From IMG/VR virus record IMGVR_UViG_3300017698_000003, positions 1 through 42,756 of that record: a DNA stretch of 42,756 nucleotides, one strand, 5' to 3'. This stretch comes from a virus. How positions within the stretch are numbered: the first letter of the stretch is position 1; each line of letters opens with the position of its first letter. Below the pieces are notes generated by a model. That model had not been told where the DNA came from. It worked only from the letters and a program-made list of their open reading frames with translations, and ran no database searches. Positions 9,091 through 17,954 of this stretch are shown here, one piece after another. The position numbers and the translations under genes were made by a program.

Positions 9091-9573
9091 TTACGCCCTT
9101 ATCGTTTTGAATAGCCCGTGCCCACAGGCGCGCAGCAATGGGGCAAGAATGCCCTGCACGGCTGGCATTGACGGCGACGCGCCCGACGCAGGGCCGTAGC
9201 GTTCGCTATACTTCGTCGTAAGCGGCCCGGTCGTGTCTTCGATAATAAACGCGTCGGTTCGCGCCGGGGCAAGGTCCGCCCCGGCGTTCTGTTCAACGCA
9301 TAGTTGGGCTTGCCCGGTTGCCAGCCGGGTAAGGGCTTCGGCCAAGGTCAAGCCGCAAACGTATCCGGTCGTAGTCGGCGGGAACGTAAGCGACAACAGC
9401 CCTAGCCCTTTGCCTTCTAGGTAGTCCATAGCCTTGTAGGCAAGCGGTTCTAGCACCGCGTCGTCGGCGCTAAGGGTAACGCCCCGTTTCGCAGCGTACG
9501 CCCGAATGGTCGTAAGGTCGGCGTAGCTATCTGCGCCGCTAACCCCTGTGCCGTCTTCTACTACAAGTGCCAT
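9091..9573 (-). CDS. Head-tail adaptor (gp6-like connector)
   Basis: N-terminus MALVVEDGTGVSGADSYADLTTIRAYAAKRGVTLSADDAVLEPLAYKAMDYLE fits the adaptor pattern (anSY.s..eA..Y...rg.......e.aL..A.dyle). Confidence 0.5.
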   Translation of the reverse strand: MALVVEDGTGVSGADSYADLTTIRAYAAKRGVTLSADDAVLEPLAYKAMDYLEGKGLGLLSLTFPPTTTGYVCGLTLAEALTRLATGQAQLCVEQNAGADLAPARTDAFIIEDTTGPLTTKYSERYGPASGASPSMPAVQGILAPLLRACGHGLFKTIRA

Positions 9574-9585
9574 GGCCTGCCCCCG

Positions 9586-10098
9586 TTACGTGGTCGTGAC
9601 TGCAACCGTAGCGGTTACTTCTTTGTCGGTGTCGTAGGTGTACGTCGCGGTAACGGTACAAGTGCCCGCCGCAACGCCCGTAATCAGCCCGCCCGCGCTA
9701 ACGGTAGCCGTAGCTTCGTCGTCGCTGGCAAACGTGCAATTGCCCGTTTCGTCGGTAATCGCCAAGGCCGAAACGTCCGCCCCGTCAACCGCCAATACCT
9801 GCAATTGCTGCGTGCCGCCGCCGTTGGCAACCGAAGCCGTCGTAGGCAAGCACTGCAACGCGGTAGGTCGGTCGGCGTGCGGGTAGCCGTAGTCGGTAAC
9901 TGCGTTGTAGGCCGTCGGAATATCGCCCGCAACCAAATCGGCGCTTTCGATACCGTTGCCGTACGAATGGCTTGCGTCGGCAAACCGCACGCCGACTTCG
10001 TAGCCGGGGGTTGTCAGCGCGTTAAGCGCCGCAATCTGTGCCAGTTCCGCCGCCGTAGGCGTCTGCCCGGCTGTAAAGAAAAGAATTTTCTGTGTCAT
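9586..10098 (-). CDS. Virion-surface protein with C-terminal Big_2 Ig-like domain (decoration/head-fibre candidate)
   Basis: ATVSAGGLITGVAAGTCTVTATYTY is a typical Big_2 motif. The N-terminal domain is paralogous to 10111..10554. Confidence 0.5.
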   Translation of the reverse strand: MTQKILFFTAGQTPTAAELAQIAALNALTTPGYEVGVRFADASHSYGNGIESADLVAGDIPTAYNAVTDYGYPHADRPTALQCLPTTASVANGGGTQQLQVLAVDGADVSALAITDETGNCTFASDDEATATVSAGGLITGVAAGTCTVTATYTYDTDKEVTATVAVTTT

Positions 10099-10110
10099 GG
10101 TCGTAGTTCC

Positions 10111-10554
10111 TTACGCGTTGGGTTTCCAAGCCGCCGCCGCTTTCGCTTTAGCGTCCGCGTCGGCCTTGGCCTTGGCGGCTTCTTCGTCGGCCTTCTTCTT
10201 CGCTTCGGCGGCTTTCTTCGCGTCGCCTTCGGCGTCCTTGGCCGTCTTATCAAGCGCGGCTTTCTGCGCCGCTTCGCCTTCGGTCTTTTTCTTTTCGTAG
10301 GCGGCTTTGCGTTCGGCTTCGAACTTTTCGATAGCCTTGCGAACCGTCGGATACTTTTCCTTGTACCGGGCGGGAACTTCGCCCGCAACGCCGTCGCAGG
10401 TTTCAAGCGCCCCTTCGTCGGACACAAGCAACGCGTTACGGAAAGACACACGGCACGGGGCCAGCTTTTCCGCTTCAAGCTGTTGTTCAAGGGTCGGCGT
10501 CGTACCGTTCACGAAGAACAGGATACGGGGCAATTTTGTAAGCGCGTGGGCCAT
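10111..10554 (-). CDS. Hypothetical capsid-associated protein with Lys/Ala/Glu-rich tail
   Basis: N-terminus ILFFVNGTTPT...CDGVAGEVPARY is homologous to that of 9586..10098. The C-terminal ~70 aa are low-complexity K/A/E repeats. Confidence 0.4.
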   Translation of the reverse strand: MAHALTKLPRILFFVNGTTPTLEQQLEAEKLAPCRVSFRNALLVSDEGALETCDGVAGEVPARYKEKYPTVRKAIEKFEAERKAAYEKKKTEGEAAQKAALDKTAKDAEGDAKKAAEAKKKADEEAAKAKADADAKAKAAAAWKPNA

Positions 10555-10587
10555 GGGTCTAACTCCTATCGTTGGCGTGCGTTAGTT

Positions 10588-10623
10588 AAGAAAAAGGGCG
10601 GCGACGAAGGCCGCGCCGCCCTT
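10588..10623 (-). terminator. Rho-independent terminator after the major capsid gene
   Basis: Minus strand AAGGGCGGCG-cggccttcgt-CGCCGCCCTT followed by TTTCTT (10-bp GC stem 10594-10603/10614-10623). Confidence 0.65.
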
Positions 10624-10648
10624 AACGTTCGTACTGTGCCGTCTAACC

Positions 10649-11608
10649 TTAGTCGGTTTCGACGACGACCCCGGCAAGGTCTTTGATAGACGTTGCGTAT
10701 TGGTCCCAATTGGTCGCAGTCGCAAGGGCCGCGTCGGTCGGCGATTTGCCGCCGTTCGTCTCGTCCCATGCAAAACCCTTGATACCAAGGTTATACGACC
10801 ATTCAGCTTGGTAGGTGCGCTGAATGTTTTCGTCGCCGTTCGACGTTTCGTAGTTGTCGTCGAAGTCGTCGTTTTGGTCAACCATGACCGCGCCCGGCAC
10901 AAGGCCAAGGTTATGGTACACGTCGGGGGAACCGGCGGTAATCAGGCCGGGGCTATCGGTCACGACGAACACGCGCCCGAAGGCGTCGGAAACGACGTTG
11001 ACCGTACCGTAGGTAAACAGCCGTTCGGCGTTCGCAAGGGCGTTGTCGTAGAAGTCGGTAATCGGCTTCGAATGAACAACCCATGCAACGATTTCCGACT
11101 GTCGGTCGCCGAACTTGCCCGCGCCGGTATTCAGCGCACGCGAAGTAAGGGTGCCGGTCGAAGTGTGGTCGTAGACAACGCCCGCAACCTGCGACAAGGC
11201 CGCGTAGGTCGTGATAACGCCGGTATTCAGCATATCCGCAAGCATGTCCTGCGCAAGCTGTTGACCAAGCGCCGCCCCGGCTTCTTCGGGGTTAACCTGT
11301 ATCCAACGGAATTGGCCGGGGTCAAGGTTGATAGGCGGCGTACCACCGGCAACCTTGACCATGGTATCGGTCAAGTGTTCCATGTTCTTCGCGGTAACGG
11401 TGCCAGAACCGTAGGCGTTCCGACGACGTACAAGGCCGCTAACCTTCTTCCAAAAGGCGCGGTCGCTGTAATCGCCTTGGTGCGCCTGCGTAGAAAGCAC
11501 CATGGTATTGCGCGAAGCTGTGTTGAACAGTTCGATTTGCTGCGCAATGACTTCCGTCATAGCGTCGTAGGTGTATTCAGAGAATACGGCAAGGTCTGAA
11601 AGGGCCAC
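10649..11608 (-). CDS. Major capsid protein
   Basis: 319 aa directly after the scaffold gene, AGGAG SD, followed by a strong terminator. Call rests on position. Confidence 0.7.
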   Translation of the reverse strand: MALSDLAVFSEYTYDAMTEVIAQQIELFNTASRNTMVLSTQAHQGDYSDRAFWKKVSGLVRRRNAYGSGTVTAKNMEHLTDTMVKVAGGTPPINLDPGQFRWIQVNPEEAGAALGQQLAQDMLADMLNTGVITTYAALSQVAGVVYDHTSTGTLTSRALNTGAGKFGDRQSEIVAWVVHSKPITDFYDNALANAERLFTYGTVNVVSDAFGRVFVVTDSPGLITAGSPDVYHNLGLVPGAVMVDQNDDFDDNYETSNGDENIQRTYQAEWSYNLGIKGFAWDETNGGKSPTDAALATATNWDQYATSIKDLAGVVVETD

Positions 11609-11619
11609 GGTAATTACTC

Positions 11620-12348
11620 CTAGTCTGCGTTGGCTTCTTTGGCGGCTTTAAGCTGCGCAGCTAGGTCTTTCGCGGGAAGTGCGGCTAGCGGCGTCGGCTT
11701 GTCACCGGGTTGATTGTGCGAGGCACCGCCTAGTCGCGTACGTTGGCCTTTATCCGGGGCACCGCCCCCACTGGCCTTACTCGCCCTAATAATAGTGGCG
11801 AATTCTTTATTGTCAACGAATTCTTTCTTCAAGTCGTCAACGGTCGAAGCGGACGGCTTACCGTCCGCGCCAAGTACCTTCGTCGTCGGCGTGTCGCCTT
11901 CAAGGTCGGCGGTCAAGCGCGCCCGAATGTGGGGAAGGATAAGGGCGGGGGTCGTGCTGATTTCGGCGGCGATAGACGACGCGACGTTATCCACAAGCGA
12001 CTTGCTGATAAAGCCGTCTTTGGCTTCCAACTTCGTTTTAAGTTCGCCCGTGTCCTTGTCGTACTTGTCCTTCCACGACTTTTCTAGGGCTTCAATGTCG
12101 CCGCGCTTGCGCGCGTCGTTGCCGTCCAATTCGGCAAGCTTGGCTTCGGCTTCGCGCGCCTTCTTTTCGGCGTCCTTGCGCGCCTGCACTTCGCGGTCTT
12201 TGGCGCGGCGCAGCGCGCCCACGTCTTCGTTGTTGTCGTCGCCGTCAACGTCAAGGACATATTCGCCGTCTTTTTCGACGTATTCGGCCTTAAGGTCAGC
12301 CGATAGCTTGTCGAATACTTCTTTTGTGATTTTCCGCTTAAGTGCCAT
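11620..12348 (-). CDS. Capsid scaffolding protein
   Basis: 242 aa, highly charged K/E/D-rich helical protein between the head-morphogenesis and capsid genes. Confidence 0.6.
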   Translation of the reverse strand: MALKRKITKEVFDKLSADLKAEYVEKDGEYVLDVDGDDNNEDVGALRRAKDREVQARKDAEKKAREAEAKLAELDGNDARKRGDIEALEKSWKDKYDKDTGELKTKLEAKDGFISKSLVDNVASSIAAEISTTPALILPHIRARLTADLEGDTPTTKVLGADGKPSASTVDDLKKEFVDNKEFATIIRASKASGGGAPDKGQRTRLGGASHNQPGDKPTPLAALPAKDLAAQLKAAKEANAD

Positions 12349-12390
12349 GGGTACGACCCTTTCGTGTTGTGGGGCACCGCCCCTACGTTG

Positions 12391-13434
12391 CTATTGAATG
12401 ATGAAACCGAATTTAGCTAAGAATTCGGCAAGCGTCAACTGTTTGCGCGACCTAAAGCGGCCAAGCCCCGACGCGGTAACACGACCACTACGCAAACCGC
12501 CGCCAAGGCGCAACCCGACAATATCGTTTTGCACCGCCGCCGGTTGCAGGGCAAGCCAACCGTAAAACGTGTCGGGCACGTTCTGATAGCTAGCCCCTTG
12601 TTTCACGGGCACGGCACGCGACCTACAACGAAAATGCGCCGGGGGTAGCGGACCCTTACCATACCGAAAAATACGCCCGTCGCGCCGCTGGCAAATCTTC
12701 GTCGTGTTCATGTCAAGCACCGAAACCCATTCGTACGTTGCGTAGAATATAGACGCAACGCCAGCTTGCACGACACTAGATACGTGCTGTACGACTGTGT
12801 GCAGCATTGACGCACCTTGACGCCGCGCGGTAGCTACGAAGCCGTCGCGGAACCTACGCGACTTAGTGCCGAATATAGCCGCAAGCGTTTCTTGTACCGT
12901 CCAACCGTTCGCGTACCCGCGTGTAATAATTTCGCGCATGTTGCGCGATATATACCGTAGGTACTGTGCGATAAGTTGCCGGGGCGTCTTGCCGGTTGCA
13001 GGGTCGGGCGTGTTGTCGATAAGTGCCCACAGGCGGGCGCGGCCCGTGCGGTTCCGGCGAAGGGCAAGCAAGCCTAAAAGGGGCAAGCCGTCCTTAGCGT
13101 CGTACGCTTCTTCGACGGTCTTACCTTCTACCGTTTCCATGATTTGACGGCTAAGGCGCGCGTCGCCCTGTGCGAACGCGCGAAGTTCGTTAAGCATGTC
13201 TTCGCGGAACGCGTCATGCCTGCGAAGCTGCAACGCGGCGACCTTGCGAATAAGCGCCTGTAGCTTCTTCTTCGTCAATGCGTTTAGGCGGTCTACGTTG
13301 GTCTTTTCCAGCGCCCGGCGCAGGTCGTCGAACATGCCTACTAGAATGGGGTCTAGGCGACCTTCTAGGCCGGTCTTGTACCCTTCTAGGTAGACTTGGT
13401 GCCGGGTAAAGGCGTCTACAAGCGATACGGGCAT
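12391..13434 (-). CDS. Head morphogenesis protein (SPP1 gp7 / Mu F family)
   Basis: TKICQRRDGRIFRYGKGPLPPAHFRCRSRAVP matches the C..C..dG....P.H..CRC signature. It follows the portal gene. Confidence 0.75.
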   Translation of the reverse strand: MPVSLVDAFTRHQVYLEGYKTGLEGRLDPILVGMFDDLRRALEKTNVDRLNALTKKKLQALIRKVAALQLRRHDAFREDMLNELRAFAQGDARLSRQIMETVEGKTVEEAYDAKDGLPLLGLLALRRNRTGRARLWALIDNTPDPATGKTPRQLIAQYLRYISRNMREIITRGYANGWTVQETLAAIFGTKSRRFRDGFVATARRQGASMLHTVVQHVSSVVQAGVASIFYATYEWVSVLDMNTTKICQRRDGRIFRYGKGPLPPAHFRCRSRAVPVKQGASYQNVPDTFYGWLALQPAAVQNDIVGLRLGGGLRSGRVTASGLGRFRSRKQLTLAEFLAKFGFIIQ

Positions 13435-14966
13435 TAGTTGCCCCCGTCGTCGGGGTTATCCGCTTCGGGGTCGTCTTCGTTGTCGCCTTCGGGGTCCGCC
13501 GGGTCGTTAGGGTCCGCGTTCGGGTCGTCTGCGTTCGGGTCGTTAGGGTCTTTCGTGAAGTCGTCGGCTTCGATTTCGTCGCGGGCTTCTTCGTCGTCAA
13601 GGGTAGCGACGCCAGACTTACGCAGGGCCGCGCGCATTTCGCTAAACGCAATAGCGCCCTGTTGCCATTCGGCGATAAGCTGTTGCCGTTCCTGCGCCGA
13701 CATGCGCGAAATAGTGTAGTCGGTATTCAGTTCGTACACGATAGCGGCAGCGTCGTCGCCCGTGAACGCTGCGCAGACTTCAAGCGCGAACTTGATTGCC
13801 GCCGATACGTTCTTAGCTACGTCGGCAAGCACCGACGTTTCGCTTGCGTTTTCTATACCGGCTTCAAGCGCGGTTCGCTGTACTTGCTTTTGTTCGACAA
13901 GCTTTGCGCCTAGCGCAATCATTTGCCGTTCTTTGTGTTCCATAGCTTCGAACGGCGTACTATTGGCTTGCATCTGCAACAGTTCGGCGCTACCACCTTC
14001 GGGCAACATGACGCCACCACGGGAACCAAGCCGTACTTGGCCGTCCATGACGTTTTTAACCCATTCTTCGGTAAGGCCGGAAAATACCGGCGTCGGCTGG
14101 CCTGCCATATACGCGCCTTCTTCGTAGTCGGCGCTATTGCGGTAGTGCGCGACGTTCAAAGACGCTAGGTCAAGCATAGGCGGGTGGTCTATTTCTGCGT
14201 CGTTGTTTTCCGACCCTATGAACGTGAACGGGATATAGTCGAAGGCTTCGCCCTTGGCGTTCGTCGGTGTAAGCGGGCCGCTGTATAGCGCCCCGTCGCG
14301 GTAGATTTCGACCGTGTACACGCCGTCGCGTAGGCGCAATACGCGGTATTGTTCTTTCTGCACGACCGCAAAGCCGTCGTCTTCGTCGTCGTAGGTTTCG
14401 CGCAACACGACCAACGTAAGGTACGTTTTAGCCTTGCGCCGGGCCGTGCGCCAATTGATAATACTTAGCGCGTCGTAAACCGTAATAGTAGGCTGCACGT
14501 CGCCGCTATCTACGTCGGCACGCGTTACCCCTTCTTCGGTCGTCGGGTAGTCCGCAAGCACGCCCGCGCGCCCCATGGAAAGGGTATAGCGAACGCCGCG
14601 CTTTGCTAGCTGCGTAAGCGTCAAGCCCGACCCGTCGGCGTCTTCGGCGAACACGTCTAAGCTTGTGGGCACTTCGGCTACAGGGTCGCGCGCAAACACT
14701 TCGCCGACAAGGCCGGAAAGTGTGCGCTGCGTAACGTTGTAGAACACGGCCCGCGCTTTATACGCGTCGTATCGTGCGACGTTTTCCGGGCTTTGGTCGT
14801 CGGCGTTGGGCATGGGTAGGTACTTGGTGCTACCCTTCTTAACGACGCGTTCGCCTGCGACGCAATCCGCGATTTGCTTGTAGTCGGCTTCGAAGTCGCG
14901 TAGTTCCTTGCGCTTCGTAGCTACGCTAGAAGTTGCCGCCGATATTAGGTTAGGTTTCGTCGCCAT
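13434..14966 (-). CDS. Portal protein
   Basis: 510 aa directly after terL. The N-terminus resembles DUF4055-type portals. Acidic DPN/DDP low-complexity C-terminus. Confidence 0.75.
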   Translation of the reverse strand: MATKPNLISAATSSVATKRKELRDFEADYKQIADCVAGERVVKKGSTKYLPMPNADDQSPENVARYDAYKARAVFYNVTQRTLSGLVGEVFARDPVAEVPTSLDVFAEDADGSGLTLTQLAKRGVRYTLSMGRAGVLADYPTTEEGVTRADVDSGDVQPTITVYDALSIINWRTARRKAKTYLTLVVLRETYDDEDDGFAVVQKEQYRVLRLRDGVYTVEIYRDGALYSGPLTPTNAKGEAFDYIPFTFIGSENNDAEIDHPPMLDLASLNVAHYRNSADYEEGAYMAGQPTPVFSGLTEEWVKNVMDGQVRLGSRGGVMLPEGGSAELLQMQANSTPFEAMEHKERQMIALGAKLVEQKQVQRTALEAGIENASETSVLADVAKNVSAAIKFALEVCAAFTGDDAAAIVYELNTDYTISRMSAQERQQLIAEWQQGAIAFSEMRAALRKSGVATLDDEEARDEIEADDFTKDPNDPNADDPNADPNDPADPEGDNEDDPEADNPDDGGN

Positions 14967-14975
14967 GTCTTTGCC

Positions 14976-16583
14976 CTATGTTGCGTGCCGAACTTTAATC
15001 TTCTTCGCGGCCCTGTTGTTGCTAGTCAAGACCCGATAACGCACCATGTCGTAGGTATGGTCTTCGGCGTCTGTGTCTACGTCGTCGGGGTCGTCTTCGT
15101 CACGCGGTAGCGCCGGTATTAGCGTAATCGACGCGGCGCAGTTCGACATAAAGTAAATGCCCGGCCCTTCGCCCTTTATAGACGCTTCTAACCTATCGCG
15201 CAATAGCTGAAACCCGTTCTTGCGTGAACCCTTAGACTTGTCGCTACGCGTCCAACGTATGCCCTTATCGGCCATTTTCTTTTCTATCGTGTCTACGTCG
15301 CTTTCGCGCACGTCGCGTATTTGGTTATCAGCCGGGCCGGGTGCCGGTTGCTGCGTAACCCAACCGTGTTCTAGCAACGCTATTTCCCGGTCGCGTACGC
15401 CTATAGCAACGTCGGGCGCAGACATTTTAAGCCCCTTGTTCGTGCCTATGCCCTGCGTGCCGTACCATTCGTTAAACATGATAAGCGTACCGCGCGGCGG
15501 GCAGAACGTAGACCCGTCGGGCAAGGTAACTTCTTCGCCGTTGGCTTCGCACCACCAACCGACCGCGAACGGGTGCGACGACCCCCAATCGAACGAACGG
15601 TTAACGTGCCAGCCTTCGGGCACCGGGAAGCGTTCAAGTATATGTACGTCGCGTTTCCAAAGGTCGTCGAAGGCACCGCCCGCGTTAACGTCCCATGAAC
15701 CTAGAAGCCATGCGGCGCGCAAGTTGGGGTCGCTAATGCGTTCAAGTTCGGCGACGTATTCAGGCGGCAAATAAATGTTTTCGCGGTAGCTACCGAAAAT
15801 AGCTACCTGCGTCTTAACTACGATAACGTCGGTTTGCGTTTGCGGGTTAAACACCGGCACTTCGGTTCGCACGACTTCGCCGTTTTTGGCTGGCGTGATA
15901 AAGCGCATTTTAACCCAATTGTGCCCCGGCCCGTTCGGGTTCGTAGTTGCGAACACTTCAAGCGGAATAGGTGGCAAGGGTTTCTTGTCTAGGGTATCGT
16001 AGACTACTTCGTACGTACCGTCGTCGCGCTTAATCGTTTCAAGCACGGGCGTATCGCGTTCGGGGCTAAACGACGAACGGTTAGTAGACATTAACTTGTC
16101 GTACAATTCCGACGTAGGGTACTTCGTTAATTCGTTCCAGCCGATAAACGGGTATTCGTGCCCGTGGAAGTTGTCGTAGTCGCTAGGCTTCTTAGCGTGC
16201 CTAAACAACAGTTCTTCGCCAGTAGGCCAAACCCATTTATATTCACTAGCCCCACTAAGGAACTTAGCGCCGTCGCCAAACTGTAGAAAGAAGCGTTTAG
16301 ACTGCGCAACCAAATCGGCAAGGTTCTTAAATTCCCGGTCGAATATAACGCCGCGCCAATACGTGCCGTAGCCTTTGCCCACACGCGACCGAAACCGCAT
16401 AAGCTGCGTAATCGTTTTGCCGGGGCCGCGCGCGCCGTGGTAAAGCGTGTGGTGGCAACGCGTATCTAGGGCTAGTTCCTGCGACGTACCGGGAATAGGT
16501 TCCCATACGGTCGATAGTCCCATTTCCTTAAGCTTTGCCCGCGTTAAGGCTTGCTCAATTAATTGCGGGCTGTGCTGCGTCAT
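14976..16583 (-). CDS. terL: Terminase large subunit
   Basis: Walker A in HGARGPGKT, 535 aa, followed by the portal gene. C-terminal nuclease-like acidic region. Confidence 0.85.
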   Translation of the reverse strand: MTQHSPQLIEQALTRAKLKEMGLSTVWEPIPGTSQELALDTRCHHTLYHGARGPGKTITQLMRFRSRVGKGYGTYWRGVIFDREFKNLADLVAQSKRFFLQFGDGAKFLSGASEYKWVWPTGEELLFRHAKKPSDYDNFHGHEYPFIGWNELTKYPTSELYDKLMSTNRSSFSPERDTPVLETIKRDDGTYEVVYDTLDKKPLPPIPLEVFATTNPNGPGHNWVKMRFITPAKNGEVVRTEVPVFNPQTQTDVIVVKTQVAIFGSYRENIYLPPEYVAELERISDPNLRAAWLLGSWDVNAGGAFDDLWKRDVHILERFPVPEGWHVNRSFDWGSSHPFAVGWWCEANGEEVTLPDGSTFCPPRGTLIMFNEWYGTQGIGTNKGLKMSAPDVAIGVRDREIALLEHGWVTQQPAPGPADNQIRDVRESDVDTIEKKMADKGIRWTRSDKSKGSRKNGFQLLRDRLEASIKGEGPGIYFMSNCAASITLIPALPRDEDDPDDVDTDAEDHTYDMVRYRVLTSNNRAAKKIKVRHAT

Positions 16584-17028
16584 GGGTAAGTGCCGCCTGT
16601 TGCGCCCGTAGCTTCGCTTCCCATTCGTCGTTAGTGCCGTGGTCGGTCACTACCATAACGCGGCGGTTGTCTACTAGCGTGTTATTGTTAACCGTCGTGC
16701 CGCCCTTTTCGTCGGGGTACAACAGCTTGCGGATTGCTTCGATACCCTTAAAGGCCGTTTCGTGGTCGTTGGTCAACTGCACGCGCCGCCATGCTTCACG
16801 GGCAAGCGCGTTCTTAGACGGTACGCCCATAGCGTCGGCTTCGTCGTCGGGTATGTCTTCGATTGTCTCAATAACGAACGGGTCGTTAGGCCATTCCCGC
16901 GACACGACAAGCGCGCGCCCGGCGTCGCCGGGAAAGACCGCCATAGCGGCCTTAAACGGGTCGTCGGGGTGCCGTAGCAGGGCTAGGGCAAATTCGCGTT
17001 TCTTTTCTGTGTCGGCGTCGTCGGTCAT
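16555..17028 (-). CDS. Terminase small subunit (candidate)
   Basis: 157 aa, overlaps the terL start by 29 nt, and is the first gene after the lysis cassette. Call rests on position only. Confidence 0.45.
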   Translation of the reverse strand: MTDDADTEKKREFALALLRHPDDPFKAAMAVFPGDAGRALVVSREWPNDPFVIETIEDIPDDEADAMGVPSKNALAREAWRRVQLTNDHETAFKGIEAIRKLLYPDEKGGTTVNNNTLVDNRRVMVVTDHGTNDEWEAKLRAQQAALTHDAAQPAIN

Positions 17029-17038
17029 GCGCGGAACT

Positions 17039-17066
17039 CCTATTGCGTCCGACTATACGCAATAGG
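17039..17066 (-). promoter_or_regulatory. 9-bp stem-loop overlapping the SD of the small-terminase candidate
   Basis: CCTATTGCG (17039-17047) pairs with CGCAATAGG (17058-17066). On the minus strand the downstream (3') arm, the reverse complement of 17039-17047 (CGCAATAGG), runs into AGGAG (17041-17037), 8 nt before the ATG at 17028. Confidence 0.4.
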
Positions 17067-17084
17067 TGCGGTCGTGGCAACGTG

Positions 17085-17435
17085 TTACTTATCGGTTTTG
17101 CCGTTGTTTACCGCCGCTAGGATAACGTCAAGGCGCGCGTTCGTTTCCCGGCGTTCGTCTTTCATGTCTTGCCGTAATTCGGCTACGCGGGCTTCTATTC
17201 GGCCTAGGTGTCCGTCTAGGTCACTGCGACGAACATACCCGTTAGACACTTCTTCGCGCGTGCGGTTTACCCGTTCGTGTAGGGCGTCGTCGCCGTCCTT
17301 AATCGCTTTGGTGTTTTCGTCGTGGTTCGTGTGTATCATGTTGGTTATTGCCCTGTCGCGCGCTATGACGCCCCCGACGATTACGACGATTAAACCTAAA
17401 AACCCTATAATAACTTGCCAATCTAATTCGACCAT
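17085..17435 (-). CDS. Membrane-anchored coiled-coil protein (lysis-associated; i-spanin or DUF2730-like)
   Basis: Start chosen at MVELDWQVIIGFLGLIVVIVGGVI (AGGGG SD). One N-terminal TM helix, then a charged helical region. Confidence 0.4.
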   Translation of the reverse strand: MVELDWQVIIGFLGLIVVIVGGVIARDRAITNMIHTNHDENTKAIKDGDDALHERVNRTREEVSNGYVRRSDLDGHLGRIEARVAELRQDMKDERRETNARLDVILAAVNNGKTDK

Positions 17436-17454
17436 AGTACGCGCCCCTACGTAG

Positions 17455-17820
17455 CTAAAGTGCGGCGCATGTGTCGGCATAAACTGCGTTATGTCCTACG
17501 ATTTGCCGCCGCGTTGTTTGAGTATCAATGCGCGAATACGCGATAACTTCGAACATATCACATAAGCGGCGTACGTCAATAATGGTTCCGGCGTCTGCGC
17601 ACACTTCTTTACTTGCGGCGTTGTGTCCCACGACTTGCCGTCGTGTGGGCAACGTGTCTTCGCGCGAATATGATATAGCCGGGAAAATACTACACGCGTC
17701 GCGTGTATCGACCGCGTGCCTAATCGCGTAGGTTGGGGTCTTCGTCGTCTGGCACGCCGTTAGCGTCGTCAAACTTAGCAACAGCATTAGCGCGGGCAGT
17801 CTTTGCACGTTGTACCGCAT
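17455..17820 (-). CDS. Lipoprotein, o-spanin-like, with an internal tandem repeat
   Basis: Start at MRYNVQRLPALMLLLSLTTLTAC (lipobox LTAC). The start lies inside 17720..17950 in another frame. Two ~33-aa repeats C..F..I.YSR.DT..TRRQ(V/I)VGHNA......C. Confidence 0.5.
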   Translation of the reverse strand: MRYNVQRLPALMLLLSLTTLTACQTTKTPTYAIRHAVDTRDACSIFPAISYSREDTLPTRRQVVGHNAASKEVCADAGTIIDVRRLCDMFEVIAYSRIDTQTTRRQIVGHNAVYADTCAAL

Positions 17821-17950
17821 TGATTGAACTTTCAAGTTGCGAAGCCACGGCTTTAGCTTCGCCCGCGTCCATAAGCTGTTTACTGTTAAGGTAATCAGTA
17901 AGGACACGCGCGAAGCCTAGCACGGCTTCTAGGATACGAAGCCAAGCCAT
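17720..17950 (-). CDS. Small membrane/coiled-coil protein, i-spanin-like
   Basis: Start chosen at MAWLRILEAVLGFARVL, 4 nt after the holin stop. Hydrophobic N-terminus plus a helical tail. Overlapped by the lipoprotein gene. Confidence 0.4.
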   Translation of the reverse strand: MAWLRILEAVLGFARVLTDYLNSKQLMDAGEAKAVASQLESSINAVQRAKTARANAVAKFDDANGVPDDEDPNLRD

Positions 17951-17954
17951 AGCG

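Noticed and set aside
10095-10490. Arg/Lys/Pro-rich ORF 10095..10490(-)
   Set aside because: It is an alternative frame of the K/A/E-rich tail of 10111..10554. It has no SD and extreme composition.
3075-12397. Long plus-strand ORFs inside the structural block (3075..3857, 4972..5415, 7406..8002, 9805..10686, 10700..11599, 11714..12397 and others)
   Set aside because: Each lies antisense to, or out of frame with, a well-supported minus-strand virion gene. Their products are Arg/Ala/Ser-rich, as expected for GC-rich shadow frames.
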